From sequence record MK327936.1: a DNA stretch of 64,000 bases; one strand, given 5' to 3'. The position numbers and the translations under genes were made by a program. How positions within the stretch are numbered: the stretch's first letter is position 1; each line of letters starts with the position of its first letter. Shown here one piece after another: positions 31,503 through 43,138 of the stretch. A model generated the notes under the pieces. That model saw nothing but the letters and a program-made list of their open reading frames with translations, made no database searches and had not been told where the DNA came from. This DNA is from Escherichia phage vB_EcoM_G2540.

Positions 31503-31696
31503 ACTAATTCCTTTAATCCGTAGATAGGAGATAATTCATCGCCCATATGAAGGTCTTCATTTCCATCTACCCAAGAAACAATATAAGCCTCTTTTACTTG
31601 AACGTCTCCCAATTTAAATGCGGGTAAAACCTTAGAAATTAATCCAGGTATACCAACTCCCTTTAATTCAACAGTTTGACCTAAAAAGAATTTCAT
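31499..31696 (-). CDS. Hypothetical protein (30.x block)
   Basis: 65 aa ORF, overlaps neighbours by 1-4 nt. Confidence 0.5.
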   Translation of the reverse strand: MKFFLGQTVELKGVGIPGLISKVLPAFKLGDVQVKEAYIVSWVDGNEDLHMGDELSPIYGLKELV

Positions 31697-31983
31697 TAAA
31701 ACCTCATCTGAAAACCGTGCGATTTAACATTACCGCCATTAATATCAGAACTATTAATTTCACGTGCAATTGAGGGATCAATGTCAATTTCGCGATTGAG
31801 TTTAGTGATAGCTAAAGTATCGCGCCCATTTACAGTACGGAACTCTAAAGGGCAGACTACATTAACGTAGTTTTTAATCGATTCACTGGTAGGTTGCAAA
31901 TGTGCAGGAAGGTCTTTAGGCGCCTTTGAGAAAACTACTTCGCAGAAGTTTTTACGGGTATCAAAATAAGTAGTCATAAACAT
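31696..31983 (-). CDS. Hypothetical protein (30.x block)
   Basis: 95 aa ORF. Confidence 0.5.
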   Translation of the reverse strand: MFMTTYFDTRKNFCEVVFSKAPKDLPAHLQPTSESIKNYVNVVCPLEFRTVNGRDTLAITKLNREIDIDPSIAREINSSDINGGNVKSHGFQMRF

Positions 31984-32022
31984 AACATTTCCTCAGTAAG
32001 GGGCCAAAGCCCCTCATTTATT

Positions 32023-32400
32023 TTAAATATCAAATTCGTTAAGAACTACATCAAAGATTGCTTCAAGATGCTCAGGTTTAGCTCTGTTACTCAGAATATG
32101 ACGAATCCAAGTTTTAACCAAAAGCTTGCGATTAACGCCATTCCAGCAAGGATGAGTCCCTAAATCGCGTTCACGGAAATCATCATCCAGAGCGATTTTA
32201 AAGTTGGAACCTTCCATCGTGATTGAAACCGTGATACCGTTTTCAAATCGCATATAAACGTAATTAGGAGTCATATACTGCTCAATTTCGCATACTGATC
32301 CATTTTGATGTTTCCAAAGGCAAATAGTATCAATAGAACCTGCAATACCATTAGAAACATATTTACGTTCAAAGTTGATGTAGTTCATTTTATTCTCCAA
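32023..32400 (-). CDS. Hypothetical protein (30.x block)
   Basis: 125 aa ORF preceded by GGGGC-CAAA-GCCCC hairpin at 32000-32013. Confidence 0.5.
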   Translation of the reverse strand: MENKMNYINFERKYVSNGIAGSIDTICLWKHQNGSVCEIEQYMTPNYVYMRFENGITVSITMEGSNFKIALDDDFRERDLGTHPCWNGVNRKLLVKTWIRHILSNRAKPEHLEAIFDVVLNEFDI

Positions 32401-32455
32401 GATGTTTAATTGCGGTACAGGTATATAATATCATATCCTGTACCAAAGTAAACAA

Positions 32456-32788
32456 TTATTTTACTACTTTCCAATGCTGCATGTCAAGTTTACCAACTTT
32501 TTTCATCTTCTCAATTAAGCGTTCGGCACGTTGGCGAGCTGTAACATAATACCATTCACCTAATTCATTTTGTTCAATTTTTCCAACGATTACTGTATTC
32601 AATTCATAAATCCAACCAGTAAAGAAATTATGAACTTGAATTGTAAAGGTGAAATCTGTTCCCATACCTTCTGTTGTTTCTACTTCAATAATATCACCTT
32701 CAACTGCCATTAAGAACCACATAGTTTCATCATATTTACCATTGAAGCATTTAGTTTTAACTGCAGCGTTCAGATTAATCGTTTTCAT
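32456..32788 (-). CDS. Hypothetical protein (30.x block)
   Basis: 110 aa ORF. Confidence 0.5.
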   Translation of the reverse strand: MKTINLNAAVKTKCFNGKYDETMWFLMAVEGDIIEVETTEGMGTDFTFTIQVHNFFTGWIYELNTVIVGKIEQNELGEWYYVTARQRAERLIEKMKKVGKLDMQHWKVVK

Positions 32789-32874
32789 TTTATTCTCCTT
32801 TGTTTGTGTAAGATAATACTATCACAAAGGAACCATACTGTAAACAACTTTATGCAATCTTTGGAAAATAAAAA

Positions 32875-32894
32875 AGGACTCCCGAAGGAGTCCT
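32875..32894. terminator. Stem-loop AGGACTCC-CGAA-GGAGTCCT
   Basis: 8-bp GC-rich stem with tetraloop immediately downstream of the basic small ORF. Confidence 0.5.
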
Positions 32895-32898
32895 CAAC

Positions 32899-33075
32899 TT
32901 ATGCTTTCTGCTTACCAAAACGAGAAGCATCATCTCGAAGAACCGCACGTGCTCGGCGCATGATCTTCTCAACAGTTTGATTGATACGAGAGTTCGACCC
33001 ACGCTTGTAGCCAGCGCGTTTAGAATCACCAACTTTCTTTTCAACTGCTTTCTTTGCTTTAGCTTGTTTTGCCAT
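32899..33075 (-). CDS. Small highly basic protein, about 58 aa (30.9 position)
   Basis: Lys/Arg-rich MAKQAKAKKAVEKKVGDSKRAGYKRG...; internal ATG at 33075 chosen over the track start. Confidence 0.45.
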   Translation of the reverse strand: MAKQAKAKKAVEKKVGDSKRAGYKRGSNSRINQTVEKIMRRARAVLRDDASRFGKQKA

Positions 33076-33319
33076 TATAAATTCTCTTTTAAATGAAAAT
33101 GCAGGACTTATTGGCATTGCCTGCGCAAGCCCTCAAGGGGAACATAGGTTTTTGGATATTTAACGACCAGGATAACCATAAACCCGTCATCATTCACATT
33201 CAAGAGGTACACCGTAAAACTGCCGGGGTCTTAAAACTATAATGATTCGCAAATCATTAATCAGACAGTTCGACGGCTCCTCGATTTAGCTCACACTAAG
33301 GCAGTGAATCTCCAATAAA

Positions 33320-33568
33320 TTACTTCAATGTTACCACAAAGTGACGAACTGCTTTTCGCGCAGCAGAAGCCAAAGGCTTAGCATATTTAAGTTCATCTTT
33401 TTCCTGAAGCTCAGCAGCTAATGCAGTTTGAGCAGGATTCAGATGTTTGAAATAACGCAGGATTTCAAGAGCTTCGGCTTCAACATCAATAGATGCGCCA
33501 TAGTTTTCGTGACCATTATTCCATGCGTTTCGTTGCAGTTCAAGAGCGTGTTGTAATTGTTTAATCAT
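33320..33568 (-). CDS. rIII: Lysis inhibition accessory protein RIII (82 aa)
   Basis: 82 aa; MIKQLQHALELQRNAWNNGHENYGASIDVEAEALEILRYF matches recalled T4 RIII. Confidence 0.85.
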   Translation of the reverse strand: MIKQLQHALELQRNAWNNGHENYGASIDVEAEALEILRYFKHLNPAQTALAAELQEKDELKYAKPLASAARKAVRHFVVTLK

Positions 33569-33715
33569 TTAAAAATTCTCGTTAGAGATTAAAACTCGGT
33601 AGTCACGTTCTTCTGAATTTCATCTTCTTTCGACAGATCTCTCAGTTGTAGACTACCACATAGAATTGTTCGGTTAACTTATTATTCCGACACCCAATTC
33701 ATATTATTATTTATA

Positions 33716-34051
33716 TCACTTATAAAGACACGGAATAGCTTTATAGTGACAAGTAACGAATTTTTGTTTAATTTCTTTTGGCTGCTTAAGACCCAGAGCT
33801 ACAAAAGGATGCGGAACATTTCGAATTTGACCAACTGGAAGAGAAGTCAAATCACCAACTTCGCAGAAACCTTCAGGAACATCAGGACCGACAGAGTGAA
33901 CTACACACAGTTCAGGAACTTCACCTTGAACACGTTTACCGATAATAAGTCCTGATTCTGTAACTTCTTCATCACCGGCTTGTGCAGGTTCAGAAACTAA
34001 AATAACATATTCACCGACAGCACGAATTGGTAGCTGTTGTACTTCAGACAT
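33716..34051 (-). CDS. 31: Co-chaperonin gp31 (GroES functional analogue), 111 aa
   Basis: 111 aa; N-terminus [30 protein letters not shown] as T4 gp31. Confidence 0.9.
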
Positions 34052-34107
34052 CGTTTTTCCTTTTTGTTAACAGATGAATTAATAATAACAAATAATTCTT
34101 AAAGCAT

Positions 34108-34416
34108 TTATTTACCAATAAATTGGAGCAAATGCTCAACTTTCATACCATTAACGGAAATCAATTTGTCAATAGAAAAACCTCGCCATGCACCAAGTTC
34201 AACATCAAATACTGGAATCATATCAGTAGATTCTTTCCGAGTAGATTCAGTCAATTTACCAGTTTGCATGGTTGGCATAAAGTCAGCATCGCGAGTACCT
34301 TTCATAACACGAATAGTACCATCAGACTTTTCAAAAACTACGTTTGAAACACCCATGGACAATTTAGTTTTCAAAATTTCACGAATTGCTACTTTTTGTT
34401 CAGTCGTCAGTTTCAT
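34108..34416 (-). CDS. Hypothetical protein (31.1 position)
   Basis: 102 aa ORF. Confidence 0.55.
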   Translation of the reverse strand: MKLTTEQKVAIREILKTKLSMGVSNVVFEKSDGTIRVMKGTRDADFMPTMQTGKLTESTRKESTDMIPVFDVELGAWRGFSIDKLISVNGMKVEHLLQFIGK

Positions 34417-34653
34417 TTATTTACCTATTACAGTTTTAATATGAGTTGTTCCACGTTCTTTAAGAGTGGAAAGTAATTTTTGGCATTTTTCTAAATCAGA
34501 TTTCCAACTATGTGGTCTATCAATACAAACCCAGTTTGACTTATAATACTGCTTCCATTTAGAGAAAAAATACTTCTTATACTCTACAGCAAATGAAATG
34601 TTCTCGTTGGAATAAGAACTAATTGCTGTGAGCTGTACCAAACGAAATTTCAT
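34417..34653 (-). CDS. Hypothetical protein (31.2 position)
   Basis: 78 aa ORF. Confidence 0.5.
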   Translation of the reverse strand: MKFRLVQLTAISSYSNENISFAVEYKKYFFSKWKQYYKSNWVCIDRPHSWKSDLEKCQKLLSTLKERGTTHIKTVIGK

Positions 34654-35234
34654 TATTCACCACAGAATTCGTTGATATTTTCCCAGTTTAACTTATTTAA
34701 GTTTTTCTTAGGAACATTAAACACTTCAATACCTGCATTTCGCAGAATATCATCCCAGCCAGGTTTATTTTTATCGTATGTTTCACAATAAACCAGCTTT
34801 TTAATTCCAGATTGAGCTATTGCTTTTGCACAATCTGGGCAAGGAGAAAGTGTTACATACATAGTAGCACCTTCAATTGAAGAACCGTTTCGTGCAGCAA
34901 ACAAAATCGCATTTAGTTCAGCATGAATTTCATTTTTAGACGACCATTCAGAGTGCGCGCTACGATGTTCTTTCGCCAATACAAAACGATCAGTTGAACC
35001 AAACGATACACATTCAGGCTTATGACCTTGAATGATAGTATGTTTAGGCTTATTCAGCAACCAACCTTGCTCAGCAGCATAATCACAGCAGTTCACACCA
35101 CCTGCAGGTGAACCATTATATCCAGTAGAAATAATACGTCCATTCTTTTCAATTACTGCTCCTACTTTCCAGGAGCAACATTTTGATTCTTGTGATACTA
35201 AATATGCAATTTGAAGTACTGTACTCGCTTTCAT
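34653..35234 (-). CDS. cd: dCMP deaminase (193 aa)
   Basis: Cytidine/deoxycytidylate deaminase zinc motifs HAELNAI and PCPDCAKAI; 193 aa. Confidence 0.9.
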   Translation of the reverse strand: MKASTVLQIAYLVSQESKCCSWKVGAVIEKNGRIISTGYNGSPAGGVNCCDYAAEQGWLLNKPKHTIIQGHKPECVSFGSTDRFVLAKEHRSAHSEWSSKNEIHAELNAILFAARNGSSIEGATMYVTLSPCPDCAKAIAQSGIKKLVYCETYDKNKPGWDDILRNAGIEVFNVPKKNLNKLNWENINEFCGE

Positions 35235-35569
35235 TTCATAATCACCAGATAAGCAGATTTAGCAGTTTCAACACGATAAATTTCGTGACGAAGTTTAGTT
35301 ATACTTTTAATAACAGAACTAATTATATTCTGCCCATCTTTAAAGCGGTTTTTCTTATCAATAAAAATTGCGCCAACCATCTTTTTGTGAAGCTCAACCG
35401 GATACTTCGTCACAATAATAGCATCATACACAGAAGGATGAATACTATTCACCAGAGTATCATTCATTAAAGTTATTCTAATGAACTTTGCTGTTTCAGA
35501 GTCAAGCGCTCTATGATCGCCAGTATCATTTTCAAGACAATTATCAATTATATCAGTTAAATTCATCAT
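35231..35569 (-). CDS. Hypothetical protein (cd.1 position)
   Basis: 112 aa ORF, 4-nt overlaps. Confidence 0.5.
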   Translation of the reverse strand: MMNLTDIIDNCLENDTGDHRALDSETAKFIRITLMNDTLVNSIHPSVYDAIIVTKYPVELHKKMVGAIFIDKKNRFKDGQNIISSVIKSITKLRHEIYRVETAKSAYLVIMK

Positions 35570-35802
35570 AGTACGCCATACACCCTTTGTGCTTCAACTA
35601 ATCCATCAAAATCCAATTTGAGATGTGTTATTTGGTCACCATCACCTGGATTCACAATTACTAATACCGAACGAGGAGTTTCGGTAATAACACGAACCGA
35701 CGTTTCAGGAAATCGTTCAGAAACCTTATTTACCAATTCTTGAGCAAATAGTTTAACTTTTTCTTGGAATTCTTTAACAGTAATTGGTTTTTCGCTTAGC
35801 AT
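35566..35802 (-). CDS. Hypothetical protein (cd.2 position)
   Basis: 78 aa ORF. Confidence 0.5.
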   Translation of the reverse strand: MLSEKPITVKEFQEKVKLFAQELVNKVSERFPETSVRVITETPRSVLVIVNPGDGDQITHLKLDFDGLVEAQRVYGVL

Positions 35803-36323
35803 GTTGATCCTAGCTCCTTACTTTCAACATTTTTAACTAATTTGACAGAAACTAATTCAGCATCTTGGGTAATCATTACCGGACCTTCTTCATGCTCTTC
35901 AAGATATTCTAGAGCTTTCTTTTTAGCTTCTTCCTTCGTATCAGTTTGAGCATAGATATAGAACATACAACCAGTAATACCTACTACTTTCCACTTAATT
36001 TCTTTATCAGTTTTAATTTCAAATTTACTTACAGAATCATCTTTTTGAACTTCTTCGAAAAAAGAATATTCTAACATATAAGCAATTGAAAATAACGGGC
36101 TAACTTTATAGGATTCACCCATTACATCAACAGCTTTATACCAACAATCATCAATTTCACGTTTAATGCTAATAACATTTTTCGCAGGATCTATTTTTAC
36201 TTTAAATGAATTTTCCCCAATAAACTGGGCAATTCGTTTATTAGCCCCGCAAGTTTCATTAAAAATATCTTTATACCCAGTTTTAAAGCGATAAACCTTA
36301 TCTTCTTCAAACCATTCGCTCAT
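35796..36323 (-). CDS. Hypothetical protein (cd.3 position)
   Basis: 175 aa ORF. Confidence 0.5.
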   Translation of the reverse strand: MSEWFEEDKVYRFKTGYKDIFNETCGANKRIAQFIGENSFKVKIDPAKNVISIKREIDDCWYKAVDVMGESYKVSPLFSIAYMLEYSFFEEVQKDDSVSKFEIKTDKEIKWKVVGITGCMFYIYAQTDTKEEAKKKALEYLEEHEEGPVMITQDAELVSVKLVKNVESKELGSTC

Positions 36324-36384
36324 TTCAATTTCCTCGTTTGTTTTGGTAGAGCTATAATATCACAACTCTACCGTAAAGTAAACT

Positions 36385-36660
36385 TTAAATTGCTTTGAAT
36401 TCTGATGTCTGTGATTCAAAGCGAATATCGCCTTTGATGACTAGCTCAGCATCAAGACCGAATACGACAATGATATGCGCGGAACCTGGATACAACGTGA
36501 TGGCAACAGAATCCACCTGGTCTGGAAGCAAAGTGTTCAATACATGAGTCACTTGAGCATGGATTCGAAGCTCAGCTGCGTTATCAAGTTTTTCAAACAT
36601 ATTATTAGCGATAATTTGGCTAAACACTACTTCTACGATTTTAGAGTAAGTCGGAAACAT
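36385..36660 (-). CDS. Hypothetical protein (cd.4 position)
   Basis: 91 aa ORF. Confidence 0.5.
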   Translation of the reverse strand: MFPTYSKIVEVVFSQIIANNMFEKLDNAAELRIHAQVTHVLNTLLPDQVDSVAITLYPGSAHIIVVFGLDAELVIKGDIRFESQTSEFKAI

Positions 36661-36662
36661 AT

Positions 36663-36855
36663 TTACCTCACATAATTTTCTTCAAGCCAATCAATAACAT
36701 CCAAAGCGTTATCAAAAGTTGCGCCATCTACTTTGTCTTCTGTTTCATAATCAAGAACATCTAGGCCTACTCTTCCGTCAACAATAGGCCATAGACAAAA
36801 TAGATATTTCTTTTCTTTTTCAATTTTATCACAAAGACGATAAATCTTTTCTAGG

Positions 36856-36863
<8 letters not shown>
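36663..36863 (-). CDS. Hypothetical protein (cd.5 position)
   Basis: 66 aa ORF. Confidence 0.45.
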
Positions 36864-38271
<1,408 letters not shown>

Positions 38272-38275
<4 letters not shown>

Positions 38276-38502
38276 TTATTTTTCTCAACTAATGATTGAA
38301 TATAATCATGCAGGTCTTTAGATGCTTTACCCCACTTATTTTGATATTCATTTTTGAGATTAGCACGGGATTGAGCTAATAAAACATCATTAGTTGGAGG
38401 TAAAGATTCTAACCGCTGAATCTGGCGTCCATAAATCATTGCAGCCATCTCGGATTCATAAATCAATCCTTTGAGATGTTCAAATTGATGCCATGAAATC
38501 AT
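38272..38502 (-). CDS. Hypothetical protein
   Basis: 76 aa ORF. Confidence 0.45.
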
Positions 38503-38798
38503 TTACATTTATCCTCTTTTAACTCTTGACGATAATAACATATCATAGTTTTTTGGTCATGTACATATCGTTTTACATCATTAAGCCAAATACGAAATTC
38601 CTGGGAATCTTCAAATGGCATACCGACCCAAGCTTTACCATCAATAACTTTAACTTGCCAAGATAGTTTAGCTTCATCATATGACTTTATCTGTACAGGC
38701 CAATTAGGATGAACTGTTTCTTTCTTTACTTCTAGAGGCTTTGTCGAACAACCAGCTAGAAGACCGATAGATAATATTACTGCTGATAGTCTAATCAT
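38499..38798 (-). CDS. pseT.2: Outer-membrane lipoprotein, o-spanin (Rz1-like)
   Basis: Signal peptide plus lipobox MIRLSAVILSIGLLAGCSTK; directly downstream of and overlapping the i-spanin-like gene. Confidence 0.7.
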   Translation of the reverse strand: MIRLSAVILSIGLLAGCSTKPLEVKKETVHPNWPVQIKSYDEAKLSWQVKVIDGKAWVGMPFEDSQEFRIWLNDVKRYVHDQKTMICYYRQELKEDKCK

Positions 38799-39148
38799 TT
38801 AGAAAGGTCCTGGATGTCTTCTGCGAACTTGTTGAAGGAGTTGTTGATTTGTTTTTCAACCAATCCTGGCTTACGAGCCACCACATCTGCCTTCTTTGCA
38901 TCTTTGCGCAGTTTTTCATTTTCACGCTCAATAGCAGCAATCGCCTCACGATTTTTATTATTCATCGCATCAATATAATTATACTGAATTCGCAAATTAT
39001 TTAATGCTAAGGCGTTTTCATTGGCCGTTTTTGTAATTTCTACAACAGACGTTTCTAATCTTTCAATTTTATTTTTTAAAATTAAAGAAGTTCCGCCTAA
39101 TGCAATTACAATTAATAGCAAACCTGCTGTCGTATTACTTAATTGCAT
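38795..39148 (-). CDS. pseT.3: Inner-membrane spanin component, i-spanin (Rz-like)
   Basis: N-terminal TM helix TAGLLLIVIALGGTSLIL followed by coiled-coil-like periplasmic region. Confidence 0.65.
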   Translation of the reverse strand: MQLSNTTAGLLLIVIALGGTSLILKNKIERLETSVVEITKTANENALALNNLRIQYNYIDAMNNKNREAIAAIERENEKLRKDAKKADVVARKPGLVEKQINNSFNKFAEDIQDLSK

Positions 39149-39645
39149 AAAGTTTTAATAACCTCTATAATATCGTCTTGAGAAAGACCGTTAATTAAAA
39201 TATGATGTTCAGCCGGAGATTTAGAAATTTTAAAGCATGCCTCAACATCTTCTGCCATATCCGATGCGCTACGATTTGGATTACTAATTCCAAGACGATG
39301 TTTTCCCGTTAAAGGATTAACGATGATATAGCATTTACAGTTGTTAATATGAACATTAGGTTGAGTCTGATTAATGAACACATCGCAATCATATTTCGCA
39401 AGCTGATTTTCTAAAAAGACTTTCATCTCCTCAACCGCATCAGGAAGCATATCACGGGCTTGCTCAAGACGACGATTTCGATATTCTTTAATGGTCGTTT
39501 TCCGCTTGACTTGCTTAGCTAAATCTTTCTTAAGATCGGTGATATATCCAACTCGACGATTTCCTTTAAATACAGAAATCCCATCTGTAGTATCACCGTA
39601 TGCTTCAACGACCATTTCAGTAGTAATAAGCTGCAAATCCATCAT
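39139..39645 (-). CDS. alc: Alc (Unf), inhibitor of host transcription on cytosine-containing DNA
   Basis: 168 aa ORF at conserved position between the spanin pair and rnlA; size close to T4 Alc. Confidence 0.65.
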   Translation of the reverse strand: MMDLQLITTEMVVEAYGDTTDGISVFKGNRRVGYITDLKKDLAKQVKRKTTIKEYRNRRLEQARDMLPDAVEEMKVFLENQLAKYDCDVFINQTQPNVHINNCKCYIIVNPLTGKHRLGISNPNRSASDMAEDVEACFKISKSPAEHHILINGLSQDDIIEVIKTLCN

Positions 39646-39706
39646 AAAGTCCTCATGTTATGTCAGTAAGACTACTATAACACAACACGAGGGACTTGTA
39701 AACAGC

Positions 39707-41294
<1,588 letters not shown>

Positions 41295-41302
41295 AATAAA
41301 AT

Positions 41303-41316
41303 GGGCCTTGCGGCCC
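41303..41316. terminator. Stem-loop between nrdB and denA
   Basis: GGGCC-TTGC-GGCCC. Confidence 0.45.
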
Positions 41317-41321
41317 ACTCC

Positions 41322-42500
41322 TTAAAAATATTTTTTAAAACTCATCATAACTTTATCATCAACGTCATTATCAATCTGTGCTACAAGATAAGATGACAGT
41401 TCTACTTCTTGTGGCGCGGATTGAACATTATCAGAATTAAGATATTCACGAATCCAAGGATATGGATGTTTAACAGGAGCATCGGTAATTGGGCATGGAA
41501 GACCGCACTGTTTCATACGAGATACAGTTAAGTAATCAATAAAGCTCCACATGCTATTTGTATTTAATCCAGGAACATCGCCATCTTTAAATAAATGAAC
41601 TGCCCAATCTTTTTCTTGGCGATTAACTTCCATGAAAATATCAACTGCTTCTTGTTCACACTCTTGAGCAATTTTAACCCATTCATCGCCATCAGTGCCA
41701 AGTTGAAGTTGACGAATAATATATTGGGTGCCTTTAAGGTGAAGCTGTTCATCGCGTGCAATGAACTTCATAATCTTGGCATTACCTTCCATGATTTCCA
41801 TGTTCTTATGGAAGTTAAAGGTACATGCGAAAGATACATAAAAACGAATAGCTTCCAATGCGTTGATTACATGCAAACAGAGGTAAAGAGATTTCATTAG
41901 CTCACGCTTCCAATATGTCTCATGCTCAATAGCATCTTCAATAACGTCTTCGTCTGCATTAATTTCTTTTTGGTATTCGATATCAGCTTTAGCGTTTTCC
42001 CAATAACGAGTTTTAATCAGAACATCATCATAATAACGTCCAATGGATTCAGCACGTTTCATAATAGCTTCATCTAATACAATTTCATCAAATACCTTCG
42101 ATGGATCAGTATAAAGATTTCGCATGATATGTGTATATGAACGGCTGTGAATAGTTTCACTAAAAGTCCACGTAGCAACCCATGTATCAAGGCTTGGGTC
42201 TGAAATTAATGACATAAGTACAGCAGACGGCGCACGACCCTGAATGCTATCCAAAAGTGATTGATACTTCAGGTTATTAGTAAAAATATTTTGCTGGTAC
42301 TGAGGAAGCTTATTAAACTGTGCAGCATCCATCATTAAGTTTACTTCTTCAGGACGCCAAAAAAATGATAAAGATTTCTCAATAAGTTCTTCAAATACTC
42401 TATGTCGTTGAATATCATATCGAGCTAAACCCAATCCAGAACCAAAAAACATCGGCTCAGTCAAAATATTAACAGGGGATGTATTAAAAACTGTACTCAT
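41322..42500 (-). CDS. nrdB: Ribonucleotide reductase beta subunit NrdB, uninterrupted (392 aa)
   Basis: Single contiguous 392 aa ORF with di-iron radical protein signature context; no intron-sized gap. Confidence 0.9.
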   Translation of the reverse strand: MSTVFNTSPVNILTEPMFFGSGLGLARYDIQRHRVFEELIEKSLSFFWRPEEVNLMMDAAQFNKLPQYQQNIFTNNLKYQSLLDSIQGRAPSAVLMSLISDPSLDTWVATWTFSETIHSRSYTHIMRNLYTDPSKVFDEIVLDEAIMKRAESIGRYYDDVLIKTRYWENAKADIEYQKEINADEDVIEDAIEHETYWKRELMKSLYLCLHVINALEAIRFYVSFACTFNFHKNMEIMEGNAKIMKFIARDEQLHLKGTQYIIRQLQLGTDGDEWVKIAQECEQEAVDIFMEVNRQEKDWAVHLFKDGDVPGLNTNSMWSFIDYLTVSRMKQCGLPCPITDAPVKHPYPWIREYLNSDNVQSAPQEVELSSYLVAQIDNDVDDKVMMSFKKYF

Positions 42501-43138
42501 TTAGAATCCTTAAATTTACATTTATCATAATGCCATCTTAAAGCATTGCCTTTATTAACTTTCTTGCCACAATGCGGACAAGGCGGATACTCTGTACCTT
42601 GCTTAGTTCTCAAAGAAATCAAATCACGGGTTTCTTTAGTATGAGGAACATCTCTTGTCGGAGAGATTGTACCATACATCGGATTAAGCACGCCGACTTT
42701 AGCAGCAGCTATATTCTTTTTAGCTTCTTCGGTTTTAGGTTTTCTCATGCGAGCTAAATGCTCTTTGGTAAATTTCCTTCCTTTAAGGGCTCTACTTATC
42801 TTTTCTCTGGTTTCCATAGAAACTTCACGTCCTATAGCAGCTTCAGATAAACGTCGTCTACCTAATTCGTACAGTTGAGAAGAAATTTTATATGAGCGAT
42901 TTTTACCAGTCAAGCACATTAAACCAAAAGCTTTCTTTAATCCTGGGGTGTCATATATTTTACATAAAAGCCAATGAGCTATAAAATGTTCTCTGGCTGT
43001 TAATTCAACTAAATTTTCCTTATCATCAGAACCTCCCATACATTTAGGGATTATATGATGTGTCTCTTTATATTCTAGTAAAGATTCCCGAGCCTGAGCT
43101 CGGGAAATTAGGTCGTTATAGATTTTTTGATAATTCAT
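42497..43138 (-). CDS. mobE: HNH homing endonuclease-like protein (MobE-like), 213 aa
   Basis: HNH motif ETHHIIPKCMGGSDDKENLVELTAREHFIAHW; C-terminal Cys/His cluster CPHCGKK...RWHYDKC; inserted between nrdA and nrdB. Confidence 0.8.
   Translation of the reverse strand: MNYQKIYNDLISRAQARESLLEYKETHHIIPKCMGGSDDKENLVELTAREHFIAHWLLCKIYDTPGLKKAFGLMCLTGKNRSYKISSQLYELGRRRLSEAAIGREVSMETREKISRALKGRKFTKEHLARMRKPKTEEAKKNIAAAKVGVLNPMYGTISPTRDVPHTKETRDLISLRTKQGTEYPPCPHCGKKVNKGNALRWHYDKCKFKDSK

Noticed and set aside
41322-42500. Possible group I intron in nrdB as in T4
   Set aside because: nrdB reads as one uninterrupted 392-aa ORF with no intron-sized insertion.
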